From Microgenomates group bacterium GW2011_GWC1_46_15 (GTDB lineage: Bacteria; Patescibacteriota; Microgenomatia; UBA1400; UBA12028), in assembly GCA_001002285.1 (NCBI GenBank), contig LCLX01000002.1:131827-195826 (forward strand): a stretch of DNA of 64,000 nucleotides, read 5' to 3'. The position numbers and the translations under genes are program-made. Below are positions 28,429 through 37,516 of the stretch, piece after piece. Each line of letters begins with the position of its first letter. The first letter of the stretch is position 1. Below the pieces are notes generated by a model that was not told the DNA's origin, searched no databases, and worked only from the letters and a program-made list of their open reading frames with translations.

Positions 28429-30438
28429 ATGGACTTGCGGAAAACCACCATCTTTCTTTTTCATCTTCTCGTTATCTTTATTCCTCTTTTCTTCTATGCA
28501 AAAACAGACGAACTGTTCGAGTTCAATAAAATCATGCTGACGTATGTGTTTGCCGTTGGCATTGTCGGGGTGTGGGTTGCGCGAATGATTATAGAAAAAC
28601 GTGTGATATGGAAAAAAACACCATTCGATATTCCGCTTGCGGTATTTCTGATCTCACAAATCCTTTCAACGATGTTCTCTGTGCATATGCGAACGTCTTG
28701 GTTTGGGTACTACTCAAGATTTAACGGCGGATTGCTTTCCATTCTTACCTATATCTCGCTCTACTATGCGTTCATCAACACATTCAAAAAAGAGGAGGTA
28801 TTTGCGTTTCTCCGCACAGTATTATACGGCGGTCTTATGGTGTGTTTGTATGCAATTCCAGAACATTTTGGCCACTCGCCGAGCTGTTTGTTTATTACAA
28901 ACAAGTTTGACGTGCAGTGCTGGGTGCAAGACGTGCAGTCGCGCGTGTTCGCAACGTTCGGCCAACCAAATTGGCTTGCCGCATACCTTATTATGCTGAT
29001 TCCACTCGCGTTTGGCTTTTTGATTGATGGATGGAAAAATTGGAGTCATAGACTTATATATAGTGCGCTCATTATTGTGTTTTTTGCGACGTTGCTTTTT
29101 ACCGCCTCACGATCGGGACTGCTCGCGCTCGCCATTGGTGTCATTTTGGGCGGCGTATTATTTTTCGCATGCACTCTTTTTTCAAGATCCGCGCAAGGAC
29201 TCATGCGCACCATGTGGAAACCACTTACACTCACAACCATCGTATGTGCCGTATTATTTTTTGTGTTTGGCAAACCATTTGTTCCATCACTCGAAAAATT
29301 TTGGAAAACTATTACACCAGTAACAAACAATACGGCATCACAATCCGCTACTCCCGTCCAACAATCCGGAACACAGCTTGAATCTGGTGGAACAGAGTCT
29401 GGTGTTATCCGTTCTATTGTATGGAAAGGCGCAATGCAAGTGTGGAAACGGTATCCCATATTTGGGTCAGGCGTAGAAACGTTTGCGTACAGTTACTATG
29501 CTGATCGCCCCATGGAACACAACTTGGTTTCTGAGTGGGATTTTTTGTATAACAAAGCACACAACGAGTTTTTGAACTATCTTGCGACAACCGGCGCGTT
29601 TGGATTTCTCAGTTATCTTTTGCTGATCGGGTGGGTATATGTGTGCGCTTTCCGATATATGTACGCTTCATCGTCTCCCCGTTCCACGCTTTTTACCGTG
29701 CTCATTCTTTCTGGTTTTACCGCGCTTCATGTCTCAAACTTTTTCGGCTTCTCTACCGTATTTGTAAGTATTTTGTTTTATCTCACACCAGCGTGGATTG
29801 TTATGCTTTTTTCCGAGGATGAGGGTTATCAAAAGAAAAGGCGCGAAGGACTTTCGTTGTATCAATGGATCGGACTCATTTCGCTTCTCATTTTTGCAGG
29901 TTATCTGTGGAGATCGGTCTGGCGGTTGTGGCAAGCCGATATTGCATACAGCTTAGGAAAACAATATACCGCAGCACAAGCAGCAACCCCCGCGTTTCAA
30001 TCACTCCAAAAAGCAATTGATCTTTCTCCAAACGAAGCGCTGTTCCATGATGAACTTTCTTCACTCACCGCAACATTGGCTGTGTCCGCATCAACACAAA
30101 AACAAGCATCGCTTTCTGCCCAACTTATGCAGCTTGCGCTCGCGGAATCAAATACAACGCTGAGTTTGAATGCAGTACATCTCAATTTTTACAAAACGCG
30201 CGCGCGTGTACTCATTACACTCTCGCAGCTAAACCCCAAATATTTGGATGAAGTAAAACTTGTGTTAGAAAAAGCGCATGAACTCGCGCCAACCGATCCC
30301 AAGCTCGTATTTAATCTTGCGGTCATTGCCGAGTCGCAGGGAGATAAAGCGAAAGCAAAACAGTTATATGAAACGGCGATACAGATGAAACCGGATTATG
30401 GCTCAGCAAAAGATAGACTTAAGGGGTTGGAAAAGTAA
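28429..30438 (+). CDS. O-antigen-ligase (Wzy_C)-family polytopic membrane protein with C-terminal TPR repeats
   Basis: About 12 TM helices incl. ...TASRSGLLALAIGVILGG... typical of the O-antigen ligase family; the C-terminal soluble part has TPR-like AKQLYETAIQMKPDYGSAKDRL; divergent from mreB. Confidence 0.55.
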   Translation: MDLRKTTIFLFHLLVIFIPLFFYAKTDELFEFNKIMLTYVFAVGIVGVWVARMIIEKRVIWKKTPFDIPLAVFLISQILSTMFSVHMRTSWFGYYSRFNGGLLSILTYISLYYAFINTFKKEEVFAFLRTVLYGGLMVCLYAIPEHFGHSPSCLFITNKFDVQCWVQDVQSRVFATFGQPNWLAAYLIMLIPLAFGFLIDGWKNWSHRLIYSALIIVFFATLLFTASRSGLLALAIGVILGGVLFFACTLFSRSAQGLMRTMWKPLTLTTIVCAVLFFVFGKPFVPSLEKFWKTITPVTNNTASQSATPVQQSGTQLESGGTESGVIRSIVWKGAMQVWKRYPIFGSGVETFAYSYYADRPMEHNLVSEWDFLYNKAHNEFLNYLATTGAFGFLSYLLLIGWVYVCAFRYMYASSSPRSTLFTVLILSGFTALHVSNFFGFSTVFVSILFYLTPAWIVMLFSEDEGYQKKRREGLSLYQWIGLISLLIFAGYLWRSVWRLWQADIAYSLGKQYTAAQAATPAFQSLQKAIDLSPNEALFHDELSSLTATLAVSASTQKQASLSAQLMQLALAESNTTLSLNAVHLNFYKTRARVLITLSQLNPKYLDEVKLVLEKAHELAPTDPKLVFNLAVIAESQGDKAKAKQLYETAIQMKPDYGSAKDRLKGLEK

Positions 30439-30440
30439 GA

Positions 30441-30671
30441 TTACTGCAAAATTCTTCCCGCAAAATACCTTTGAAGTGTTTTGGGAATATTTCTTTTTCC
30501 GGTATTTTTTATATCATCTTTAATGAACTGGACAACATCCACAAGTTCCTCCCGAGACATCGAGCTAAGATGCTCATTGAGAACCGCTCTTTCTGTTTCC
30601 GTGAAATCGTGAAGTAATTCGATCTCTGCTTGAAAATCTAGCATATTTTCCCCATGGTACAATACCACCAT
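30441..30671 (-). CDS. hypothetical small protein (doubtful)
   Basis: 76-aa ORF from the internal Met; the longer TTG-started ORF overlaps def. Confidence 0.2.
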   Translation of the reverse strand: MVVLYHGENMLDFQAEIELLHDFTETERAVLNEHLSSMSREELVDVVQFIKDDIKNTGKRNIPKTLQRYFAGRILQ

Positions 30672-31284
30672 GCGAAAATCTATACTCTCTGTCCCCAATC
30701 CCATCCTCCGCGCAAAAAGCATTGCCGTTGATCCCAAAAAAGATGCTAGTCTCATTAAAAAATACAGTGCAGACCTTGAAGAAACGCTTTCCAAAAAAAA
30801 TAAACCCAAGGGTGTTGGACTTTCTATGCCTCAAATCGGCAAAAATGTGCGGATTTTTTCTACACTTCTCCCGCCATCTATTAACGTTGCAGATAGTGGC
30901 CGGCCGCCAAAAGACGACAGTGACGACGTAGAGGGAGAATCTGTACTTACCACATATCTCAACCCCGTTATTCTTGAAACATCAAAAGAATTTACGTTTG
31001 GTCCCAATCCAAAAGAACCGTTACTCGAGGGGTGTTTGTCTATTCCTTCGATCTATGGCCCAGTACCGCGGTATACTTGGGTGCGACTTTTTTATCTTAC
31101 GCCAGATTTTAAAACCCAAGAAGGAATATTTCATGGCTTTTTTGGCCGTGTGATTCAACATGAATTTGACCACTTAGAAGGTATTTTATTTACCGACTAC
31201 GTGCTCAAACACAAACTTCCGCTCTATGAAATGCATGGTAAAACAATGAAAGAAATCGATCCCAATATCGCAAAGTCGTTTTAA
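30670..31284 (+). CDS. def: peptide deformylase
   Basis: GVGLSMPQIG, EGCLSIP and HEFDHLEG motifs. Confidence 0.85.
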   Translation: MRKSILSVPNPILRAKSIAVDPKKDASLIKKYSADLEETLSKKNKPKGVGLSMPQIGKNVRIFSTLLPPSINVADSGRPPKDDSDDVEGESVLTTYLNPVILETSKEFTFGPNPKEPLLEGCLSIPSIYGPVPRYTWVRLFYLTPDFKTQEGIFHGFFGRVIQHEFDHLEGILFTDYVLKHKLPLYEMHGKTMKEIDPNIAKSF

Positions 31285-31285
31285 T

Positions 31286-32206
31286 ATGGCAAACATTCTT
31301 CTTGCTGGAACGCCGCAGACCACAATTACTGTTGCACAAGCGTTGATGAACGCTGGACATATATTGGTTGGTGTTATCTGTCCGTTTCCAAAACAAATTG
31401 GACGAAAACAGATTGTTACGCCGTGCGAACTGGAAATTTGGGCAGTTCAACACCATACTCCGGTGTTTCATGTGGATCGTACGATTTTACAAAACAAAGC
31501 TTTGGAGTTACCACCCGCCGATATGCTGGTTGTCGCTGATTTTGGCTTCCTCATTCCCGCCTGGCTTCTTCATCATCCATCACATGGTGCATTAAACCTT
31601 CACCCATCGCTGTTGCCACGGTGGCGCGGAGCAGTTCCCGTTCCGCTTACGATCTTAGCGGGCGATACAGAAACCGGCATCACCATTATGAAGATGAATG
31701 AAAAGTTTGATGAAGGCGCGGTTGTTGCACAAAAACATGTTGAAGTACTGCCGGACGACACAACTCCGACTTTGCTCACTCGCGCGTTTGAGGTTGGTGC
31801 ACAACTACTCATTGAGATTTTGCCGAAATACCTGACAGGCACACTGCAAGAAACTCCTCAACCAAAAGACTCGCTTACCCCGACCACCTTCCGGTTTACT
31901 CGAGAGGACGGATTTGTGCCACTAGAGATGCTTAAAACAGCAATAAACGGTAAAAAACTGGTCGGAACACTTCCCCTCCTTGAGAAATATCACATTCCAC
32001 TCACGGTTGAAACACTCGAGCGCATGGTTCGCGCGCTCACCCCATGGCCAGGAGTATGGACTAAACTACCAGACAGAAAACGGGTAAAGATTTTGGAAAC
32101 GAGAATCGAGGGAAACCAGCTAAAGCTCAAAATGATCCAATTTGAGGGAAAAACCACGGAGCGCATAACCAACCACCATTCCTTATGGAGTGGGCGGGGT
32201 TCCTGA
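31286..32206 (+). CDS. fmt: methionyl-tRNA formyltransferase
   Basis: Formyltransferase N domain with LNLHPSLLPRWRGAVP; follows def by 1 nt (def-fmt operon). Confidence 0.9.
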   Translation: MANILLAGTPQTTITVAQALMNAGHILVGVICPFPKQIGRKQIVTPCELEIWAVQHHTPVFHVDRTILQNKALELPPADMLVVADFGFLIPAWLLHHPSHGALNLHPSLLPRWRGAVPVPLTILAGDTETGITIMKMNEKFDEGAVVAQKHVEVLPDDTTPTLLTRAFEVGAQLLIEILPKYLTGTLQETPQPKDSLTPTTFRFTREDGFVPLEMLKTAINGKKLVGTLPLLEKYHIPLTVETLERMVRALTPWPGVWTKLPDRKRVKILETRIEGNQLKLKMIQFEGKTTERITNHHSLWSGRGS

Positions 32207-33295
32207 TTGATTCCCTCGTGCAACGTATCGTCCAAGGCCTGTAACACGCGATAGAGCTGTTTCTGCAGTGTTTTGTACTTGTCCCAATTTTTGCAGAACC
32301 GCCAACAGAATGGAACTTACATCACGCATTTTCTCATCAACTTTGCTAAACCCCGTATCAACTTTTTTCGCCAGTTCAGCTTGATTTTGTGCGATGCCCC
32401 TAACTCCTTCTTCCACCCGATTGACTATTTCTTTCGTTCTCCGCAACTCTCCCTCTCTTGCCTGTGTATCACGCATTGCCCTCATATCTCTCGCATGTAT
32501 TGCCGCTAATGCCTCCGTTGTGAGTATTATTCCCATTCCTAGTAAAGAGAATACCGTAATGCCTGTTTCCGCCAGTAGTCTGATTCCAGAAAGGAGATGA
32601 TGACTTAATTCTAAGTTTTCCATATCATTACTCTTTCTCCTTCTGTATGCCGTAAGTAGTAACGCAGTGACCAATGTTATTGCCATTCTCCAACGGGCAA
32701 GCGCCGTGGCAACTCTCGCCTTTTCAGCCAAAGCTTCTGGTAGTTGAATTGTAAAAATGTTCGAAATACCCGCAAAATACTCTTTATATGTAGCTTTTGG
32801 CGCTTCATCATACTGGCCAAGATTTGCTAGTACACACGCGGCAACAACATCCGCCTCTGCCCGCCGATCTTCTTCCGAAAGAAGTACTTCATCTTGCCAA
32901 GAAATGTGCCCCCAAAGCCATGTATTCTCCCCGTATGGGGGGAAAAGCGAAAGACTCATCTCTGTTTGGACAGATGACAGCGGAATTCCGGGAGGAATGG
33001 TCAATATCCATGGAGGAATTGATAACTCTGTTCCTTTAAACATCTGCAAAACATCATCGGGAAGTTCCACTTGTTGCTGACATCCCTCCGCAGAGTATGT
33101 AATGCGCGGTCTTCCATCTGGAGAACCATCCGAAGAAGGTTTTGCGATAAATCTTTGTAAGCTATCCGCCGAGGGAGTACATGCCACAGTGGCAACAGCT
33201 GTTGCTAAAGCTGCAGAAAGCAGGTGGCGTATGTGACGAAGTTTAGGTCTCGGGTTATTATCTGGTGTTTGTACCATAAAGCCTTTTCGAATCAA
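32183..33295 (-). CDS. hypothetical lipoprotein-like membrane protein with C-terminal coiled coil
   Basis: N-terminal AALATAVATVAC (signal/lipobox-like), central TM segments, then ELRRTKEIVNRVEEGVRGIAQNQAELAKKVD coiled coil. Confidence 0.45.
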   Translation of the reverse strand: MIRKGFMVQTPDNNPRPKLRHIRHLLSAALATAVATVACTPSADSLQRFIAKPSSDGSPDGRPRITYSAEGCQQQVELPDDVLQMFKGTELSIPPWILTIPPGIPLSSVQTEMSLSLFPPYGENTWLWGHISWQDEVLLSEEDRRAEADVVAACVLANLGQYDEAPKATYKEYFAGISNIFTIQLPEALAEKARVATALARWRMAITLVTALLLTAYRRRKSNDMENLELSHHLLSGIRLLAETGITVFSLLGMGIILTTEALAAIHARDMRAMRDTQAREGELRRTKEIVNRVEEGVRGIAQNQAELAKKVDTGFSKVDEKMRDVSSILLAVLQKLGQVQNTAETALSRVTGLGRYVARGNQSGTPPTP

Positions 33296-33372
33296 TAAGG
33301 CCTATAATTGTATCATAAAGGATCTTGAGAGTACATTATTGTTATCTTTAATCTCCTAAAAATTCTTAGCCA

Positions 33373-34275
33373 CTATTCTTCATCAGGAAACAGTTCTTCC
33401 CCTTCTCCTTCGTCTTCGTGTGTATCCCCATTTTTTCCCTGATTTCGAAGAGTAAATTTTCCTTCAACTACCTCACCACCAGCTACAGGGTGTTTTCCAT
33501 GCCATGCTGAAGTTGCACCGTAACCAATCGCGCCAAAGAAACTTCCTATTCCTTCTCCTGTTTCATGTGCCATATCATTAAATGTTCCCCCTAACAATGC
33601 TCCAAAGAACGCACCCGCACTTCTTCCCCATTTCGCACCGGCTTGAATAAATGCAGCATCATTGAGAATTCTGATTTGGGCCGCTCGTCGAGCGTTTGCA
33701 AGTGCATTGGGAGTAGCAAGACCATCAGCTGTAATGTCTGCTGTCAAGATGATTATCCTCTCCGCTGCTTGACGAATCGGGTGTGGAACGGCCTTCCACG
33801 CTGCAGTTCCACGAATTTGAATCGCCGCCATGACTTCTCTTTGCGCCTGTTGAGCTAAATCAAGACCTCCCAACAGCATAATAACTCGTTCAACTTCAAC
33901 GTACCTGTTTAATAACATACGCGCCACAACTAAAGACTTTTCAAGTCCATCTGGTCCGTTAACATCCATTCCGCGTTCTTGAAAAAATTTTTGTAAATGA
34001 CTGGCAAAATTAATAGGTTCAGTAAGCTGTGTTTCATTGACCGCAGCGGCAGCTATCTCTTTGAGAAGACTCAACACCGCCGGAGCATCCTCTCTGTATT
34101 CAATAGGTGTCCCAGAGGGTGTAATAACTTTTACTCTCTTTTCTCTTGTGGTTGGATCGACAAAAAATTCAACGCGTGTTCTTCCCAATTTTTCTACCGG
34201 GGCAACTGGGACAAGCGCGCTTTCCTTTTTATCATCTTTCCCCCTCAGTGTTTCTGTTGTGTTTGCGGGTGGCAT
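33373..34275 (-). CDS. hypothetical protein with Gly-rich C-terminal region
   Basis: 300-aa ORF with AGGAGG RBS; C-terminus GAFFGALLGGTFNDMAHETGEGIGSFFGAIGYGATSAWHG. Confidence 0.45.
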   Translation of the reverse strand: MPPANTTETLRGKDDKKESALVPVAPVEKLGRTRVEFFVDPTTREKRVKVITPSGTPIEYREDAPAVLSLLKEIAAAAVNETQLTEPINFASHLQKFFQERGMDVNGPDGLEKSLVVARMLLNRYVEVERVIMLLGGLDLAQQAQREVMAAIQIRGTAAWKAVPHPIRQAAERIIILTADITADGLATPNALANARRAAQIRILNDAAFIQAGAKWGRSAGAFFGALLGGTFNDMAHETGEGIGSFFGAIGYGATSAWHGKHPVAGGEVVEGKFTLRNQGKNGDTHEDEGEGEELFPDEE

Positions 34276-34665
34276 TTTTCCTCCTTTATGTTTAGTACAC
34301 TATATTCGACGTGAATTATATGCCAACCTGTCAAATAATGCGATACTTGAAACAAATTTGAGGATTAGTGTGCTGTTTTCTTTATGGATGGAGAAAGAAA
34401 TTATTTTGCGGAAGTCTTTGTGGGAGTCTTTTTCGCATGTGCTATACGAATACACGTCGTGCAAAGAAGAACACGGATTTTCACCCCATTCACCATCATG
34501 TGTGCATGATGTAGGTTTGGTTTGCGCATGTGCGCGTGGCGGTTCTTGGCATGAGATACCAAATGGCCAAAATCAGCTGTTTTATGGCAGGTGTAGCAGG
34601 TGTTCATAGAGGGGAATTGTATCAGATCAATCCAGACATGAAAAGAGGCATGCTAGAATGCGTAC

Positions 34666-35283
34666 ATGCTTCCCACCATCCTCTCCGACCCCCTCTTCTT
34701 CCTGTTTACCGCCGTTGCGCTGGTCGTTGCTATTACCATGCATGAGTTCGCACACGCCTGGATGGCTGATCGGCTCGGTGATCCCACTCCTCGAGTACAG
34801 GGCCGCCTCACCCTCAACCCCCTCCGCCACCTGGATCCCCTAGGAACGCTCATGCTGCTGGTTACCCGCTTTGGCTGGGGAAAACCGGTTGAGTTTGACC
34901 CATACAACCTCAAACACCCCCGCAGGGATTCGGCAACCATCGCGCTGGCAGGTCCCGCAAGCAACTTGGTAACCGCCGGCGCACTTTCGCTCCTCCTCCA
35001 CATCGTAACTTTGCCCGCAATCCTCGAGTTTTTCTTTACTACGCTTATTCTGTTTAGCGTGACGCTGGCAATTTTTAATCTGATTCCTATTCACCCGCTT
35101 GACGGCGGGAAAATCGCTGTTGGTTTTCTGCCAAAAAACATTGCGTACGAGTGGGATATGACCATGCATAAATATGGCGTGTTTATTCTGATTTTCATGC
35201 TTCTGCCGTTTGGGAACAGTCAGTCGCCAATCAGCTATCTTCTTCTACCAGTTGTGGATGGGATACTCAAGCTTTTGCTATAG
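34666..35283 (+). CDS. small site-2-protease-family (M50-like) zinc metalloprotease
   Basis: HEFAHAWMAD HExxH in first TM helix, LNPLRHLDPLG, multiple TMs; 205 aa. Confidence 0.6.
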   Translation: MLPTILSDPLFFLFTAVALVVAITMHEFAHAWMADRLGDPTPRVQGRLTLNPLRHLDPLGTLMLLVTRFGWGKPVEFDPYNLKHPRRDSATIALAGPASNLVTAGALSLLLHIVTLPAILEFFFTTLILFSVTLAIFNLIPIHPLDGGKIAVGFLPKNIAYEWDMTMHKYGVFILIFMLLPFGNSQSPISYLLLPVVDGILKLLL

Positions 35284-35310
35284 TGTATGGGCGTGATATA
35301 ATTCCCTCCT

Positions 35311-35541
35311 ATGTTAGAAATGATGGCTCCATCAACCAAAGAAGTGGTTTGGCGCACAATCCACATGGAGGGTTTACCAAATGGCGTGACGGTGTTTTCA
35401 GATGGACAAGGAAATGTTTGTGTCACTTTTAATACATATCCTTCTGGAGAGGGGCATCGTCTCAATTTCTCTCAACGGGAAGCAACGGTTGCAAATATTA
35501 ATGCCCAATTAAAGGCTTTTAACATTCGGCCGCATATATAA
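35311..35541 (+). CDS. hypothetical small protein
   Basis: 76-aa ORF; no motif. Confidence 0.3.
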   Translation: MLEMMAPSTKEVVWRTIHMEGLPNGVTVFSDGQGNVCVTFNTYPSGEGHRLNFSQREATVANINAQLKAFNIRPHI

Positions 35542-35544
35542 CGT

Positions 35545-35862
35545 GTGTATACTGTAGACGTGCCAATCACTACGCTTCTTTTTGATCTTGCCCACGTTCT
35601 TCTTTTCCCAAAAGATAAAACGTACACGGAAAAGTTGAGTACACTCCATAAAACAGTAAAACATACTTCGTCATATCGTTTCTCCGATTTTTTCGAGTTT
35701 AATACAGGACTCAATAAAAAAGACCCGTAATCTTATCTTGTTATTGTGAAAAATCTTAATCTACCACCACAGGAAATTTTTTTCACCGACGACACACAAA
35801 CCAATGTTGACGCAGCAAACACCGCTGGACTGCATGCAGTGCTGTACGAAAACAACATATAA
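35545..35862 (+). pseudogene. HAD-superfamily hydrolase remnant with in-frame TAA and internal deletion
   Basis: One frame reads MYTVDVPITTLLFDLAHVLL (degenerate motif I, DxDGT -> DLAHV) ... KKDP-TAA-SYLVIVKNLNLPPQEIFFTDDTQTNVDAANTAGLHAVLY (motif IV); cap and motifs II/III absent. Confidence 0.4.
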
Positions 35863-36059
35863 CTTATGCAAGAAATCATCCGTTGTATTGCGTAGTGTTG
35901 CAATACGCCGCTATTTTACCCCTTGAGTGCTTTGCAGAACTCCATAATGAATCGGCTTGTCCAGATTCAAACATTGTCTACCTGCCCATCAAAATTTTCC
36001 TCGAGAAAAAACACAATTTCTCTCTCGATTTTTGGTGGAGGAAATGATACTATATCGCT

Positions 36060-36266
36060 ATGTATAATTGGTCAGTACATACACCACGACTCAAAAAAAA
36101 TCCTCGAGCATACAACACATTCGTACTCGAACAACGTATTAATTTTGGTCTCAATGGAAAGAAACTTTCACGTAGTTTGCTCAAGAAGTACTGGAATGAG
36201 CTTGTGATTGATCCGCACAAACGAACATTCCTCGAGAAGATTATATGGACACAACCCTCACTCTAA
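36060..36266 (+). CDS. small ORF overlapping the toxin start; possible remnant or minimal cognate antitoxin (AbiEi position)
   Basis: 68-aa ORF whose stop overlaps the AbiEii ATG by 22 nt; no wHTH recognisable; surrounding 35.9-36.06 kb shows broken frames. Confidence 0.2.
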   Translation: MYNWSVHTPRLKKNPRAYNTFVLEQRINFGLNGKKLSRSLLKKYWNELVIDPHKRTFLEKIIWTQPSL

Positions 36267-36901
36267 GACAAAGAAAAGCGTTGAAATGCATCGCACGAAC
36301 AAATCTGGCAAAACAATTCTACTTTACCGGTGGAACGGCATTGGCGCATGTCTATCTTCACCATCGCAAATCTGAAGATTTAGACTTTTTTAACGAGCAA
36401 GAATTTGATCCTCAACAAGTGACGAGTACACTCAAAACATTTCAGCGCGCACTCGGATTTATTTCGTTTGATTACCAACAGAGTTTTAATCGCAACATCT
36501 ACATGCTTCGATTCGATCAAAGCAAATTCTTGAAACTAGAGTTTACGTTTTTTCCATTTCATCAGATAGAAAAACCATCAGAAAAAGAAGGTTTACTTGT
36601 TGATAGCATCCTTGACATTGCAACGAACAAACTCTTTACTATTGCCCAAAATCCTCGAGGAAGAGATTATTTTGATCTATATTGCATTGTACAAAAGTAT
36701 CACTATACCGTGGAAAGTTTGCGGATGTTTGCTAAACAAAAGTTTGACTGGCATGTTGATCCTCTTCAATTAGGATCGCGATTCCATGAAGTTGCGCAAC
36801 ATCTTGACGACCCGATTCTTGTAACATATGTTGAACATGCTTTGGTTGTGAAATTTTTTCAGGACGAAGCGATGAAGTTTACATCGCAAATTATCGGGTG
36901 A
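36245..36901 (+). CDS. AbiEii/AbiGii-family nucleotidyltransferase toxin (type IV TA / abortive infection)
   Basis: FTGGTALAHVYLHHRKSEDLDFF (motif I) and DSILDIATNKLFTIAQNPRGRDYFDLYCIV (RDxxDL motif) of DUF1814 nucleotidyltransferases. Confidence 0.75.
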   Translation: MDTTLTLRQRKALKCIARTNLAKQFYFTGGTALAHVYLHHRKSEDLDFFNEQEFDPQQVTSTLKTFQRALGFISFDYQQSFNRNIYMLRFDQSKFLKLEFTFFPFHQIEKPSEKEGLLVDSILDIATNKLFTIAQNPRGRDYFDLYCIVQKYHYTVESLRMFAKQKFDWHVDPLQLGSRFHEVAQHLDDPILVTYVEHALVVKFFQDEAMKFTSQIIG

Positions 36902-36986
36902 TGACGAATAATTCATCTAACACACAAGCCAATAAGGTAATTTTTCATACACCTTTTAAATATTTTTCGGTGCTCCTCATCCGCTC

Positions 36987-37127
36987 CTACCCTTTGAGTG
37001 CTTTGCGGAACTCACGGATTGCTTCGCCAATGCCGCGAACCAACTCGGGGATTTTCTTTCCGCCGAACAGGACCAACAGCACTACAGCGATGATAACAAT
37101 CTCGGTAGATCCAATGTTTTTAAACAT
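36987..37127 (-). CDS. tatA: twin-arginine translocase subunit TatA/E, copy 1 (46 aa; not in ORF track)
   Basis: MFKNIGSTEIVIIAVVLLVLFGGKKIPELVRGIGEAIREFRKALKG with AGGAG RBS; about 85% nt identical to copy at 54822. Confidence 0.7.
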   Translation of the reverse strand: MFKNIGSTEIVIIAVVLLVLFGGKKIPELVRGIGEAIREFRKALKG

Positions 37128-37138
37128 AGTGTCTCCTT

Positions 37139-37321
37139 TTATGCCTTTTTCTTTTCATCCTCGTCCAGAAGGGCTTCTTTCAAATCCTTACTGGCTTTTT
37201 TGAGCTCGCGGCCAGACTCTCCAAGGCCACGTGCAAAATCCGGCAACTTCTTCGCTCCAAACAGAAGCAAGAGGATGGCGGCAATAATAAGTATTTCGGG
37301 TGTCCCGATATTTTGAAACAT
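37139..37321 (-). CDS. tatA: twin-arginine translocase subunit TatA/E, copy 2
   Basis: MFQNIGTPEILIIAAILLLLFGAKKLPDFARGLGESGRELKKASKDLK...; AGGAG RBS. Confidence 0.8.
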   Translation of the reverse strand: MFQNIGTPEILIIAAILLLLFGAKKLPDFARGLGESGRELKKASKDLKEALLDEDEKKKA

Positions 37322-37516
37322 ACCACTCCTTTCTTTTCTTTATATGCGTACAGGCAGGGTCGTACTTCATTCATCCTACCCCACACCCTGATGAAAAAAC
37401 AAGGGGCAGGTCATTGTCCGCGCAAAAAAGAGCAAAATCTATACATATACATATTGACAAACTGCCCATATCTTTTTTACTGTAAGAAATACATACTATT
37501 GGATACCACCTCGTTT

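Noticed and set aside
34401-34607. 68-aa Cys/His-rich ORF (CYTCH...HAKNRHAH...CTTC) in the 390-nt divergent intergenic region
   Set aside because: It is tempting as a zinc-ribbon protein, but it has no RBS, is embedded in promoter-like sequence, overlaps a longer spurious plus-strand ORF (34037..34609), and its C/H content may simply reflect the CA/TG-rich DNA. Left uncalled.
35728-35733. Stop-codon reassignment as explanation for the in-frame stop in the HAD remnant
   Set aside because: The stop is TAA, not the TGA recoded in some small-genome lineages, and genes throughout the window terminate normally with TAA, TAG and TGA. A pseudogene is the simpler reading.
36898-37203. 101-aa plus-strand ORF and its twin at 54827..55045 (minus)
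   Set aside because: Both are the antisense reading of the repeated tatA genes (identical NSRI.SP.PRTNSGIFFPPNRT strings); the sense strands encode bona fide TatA.
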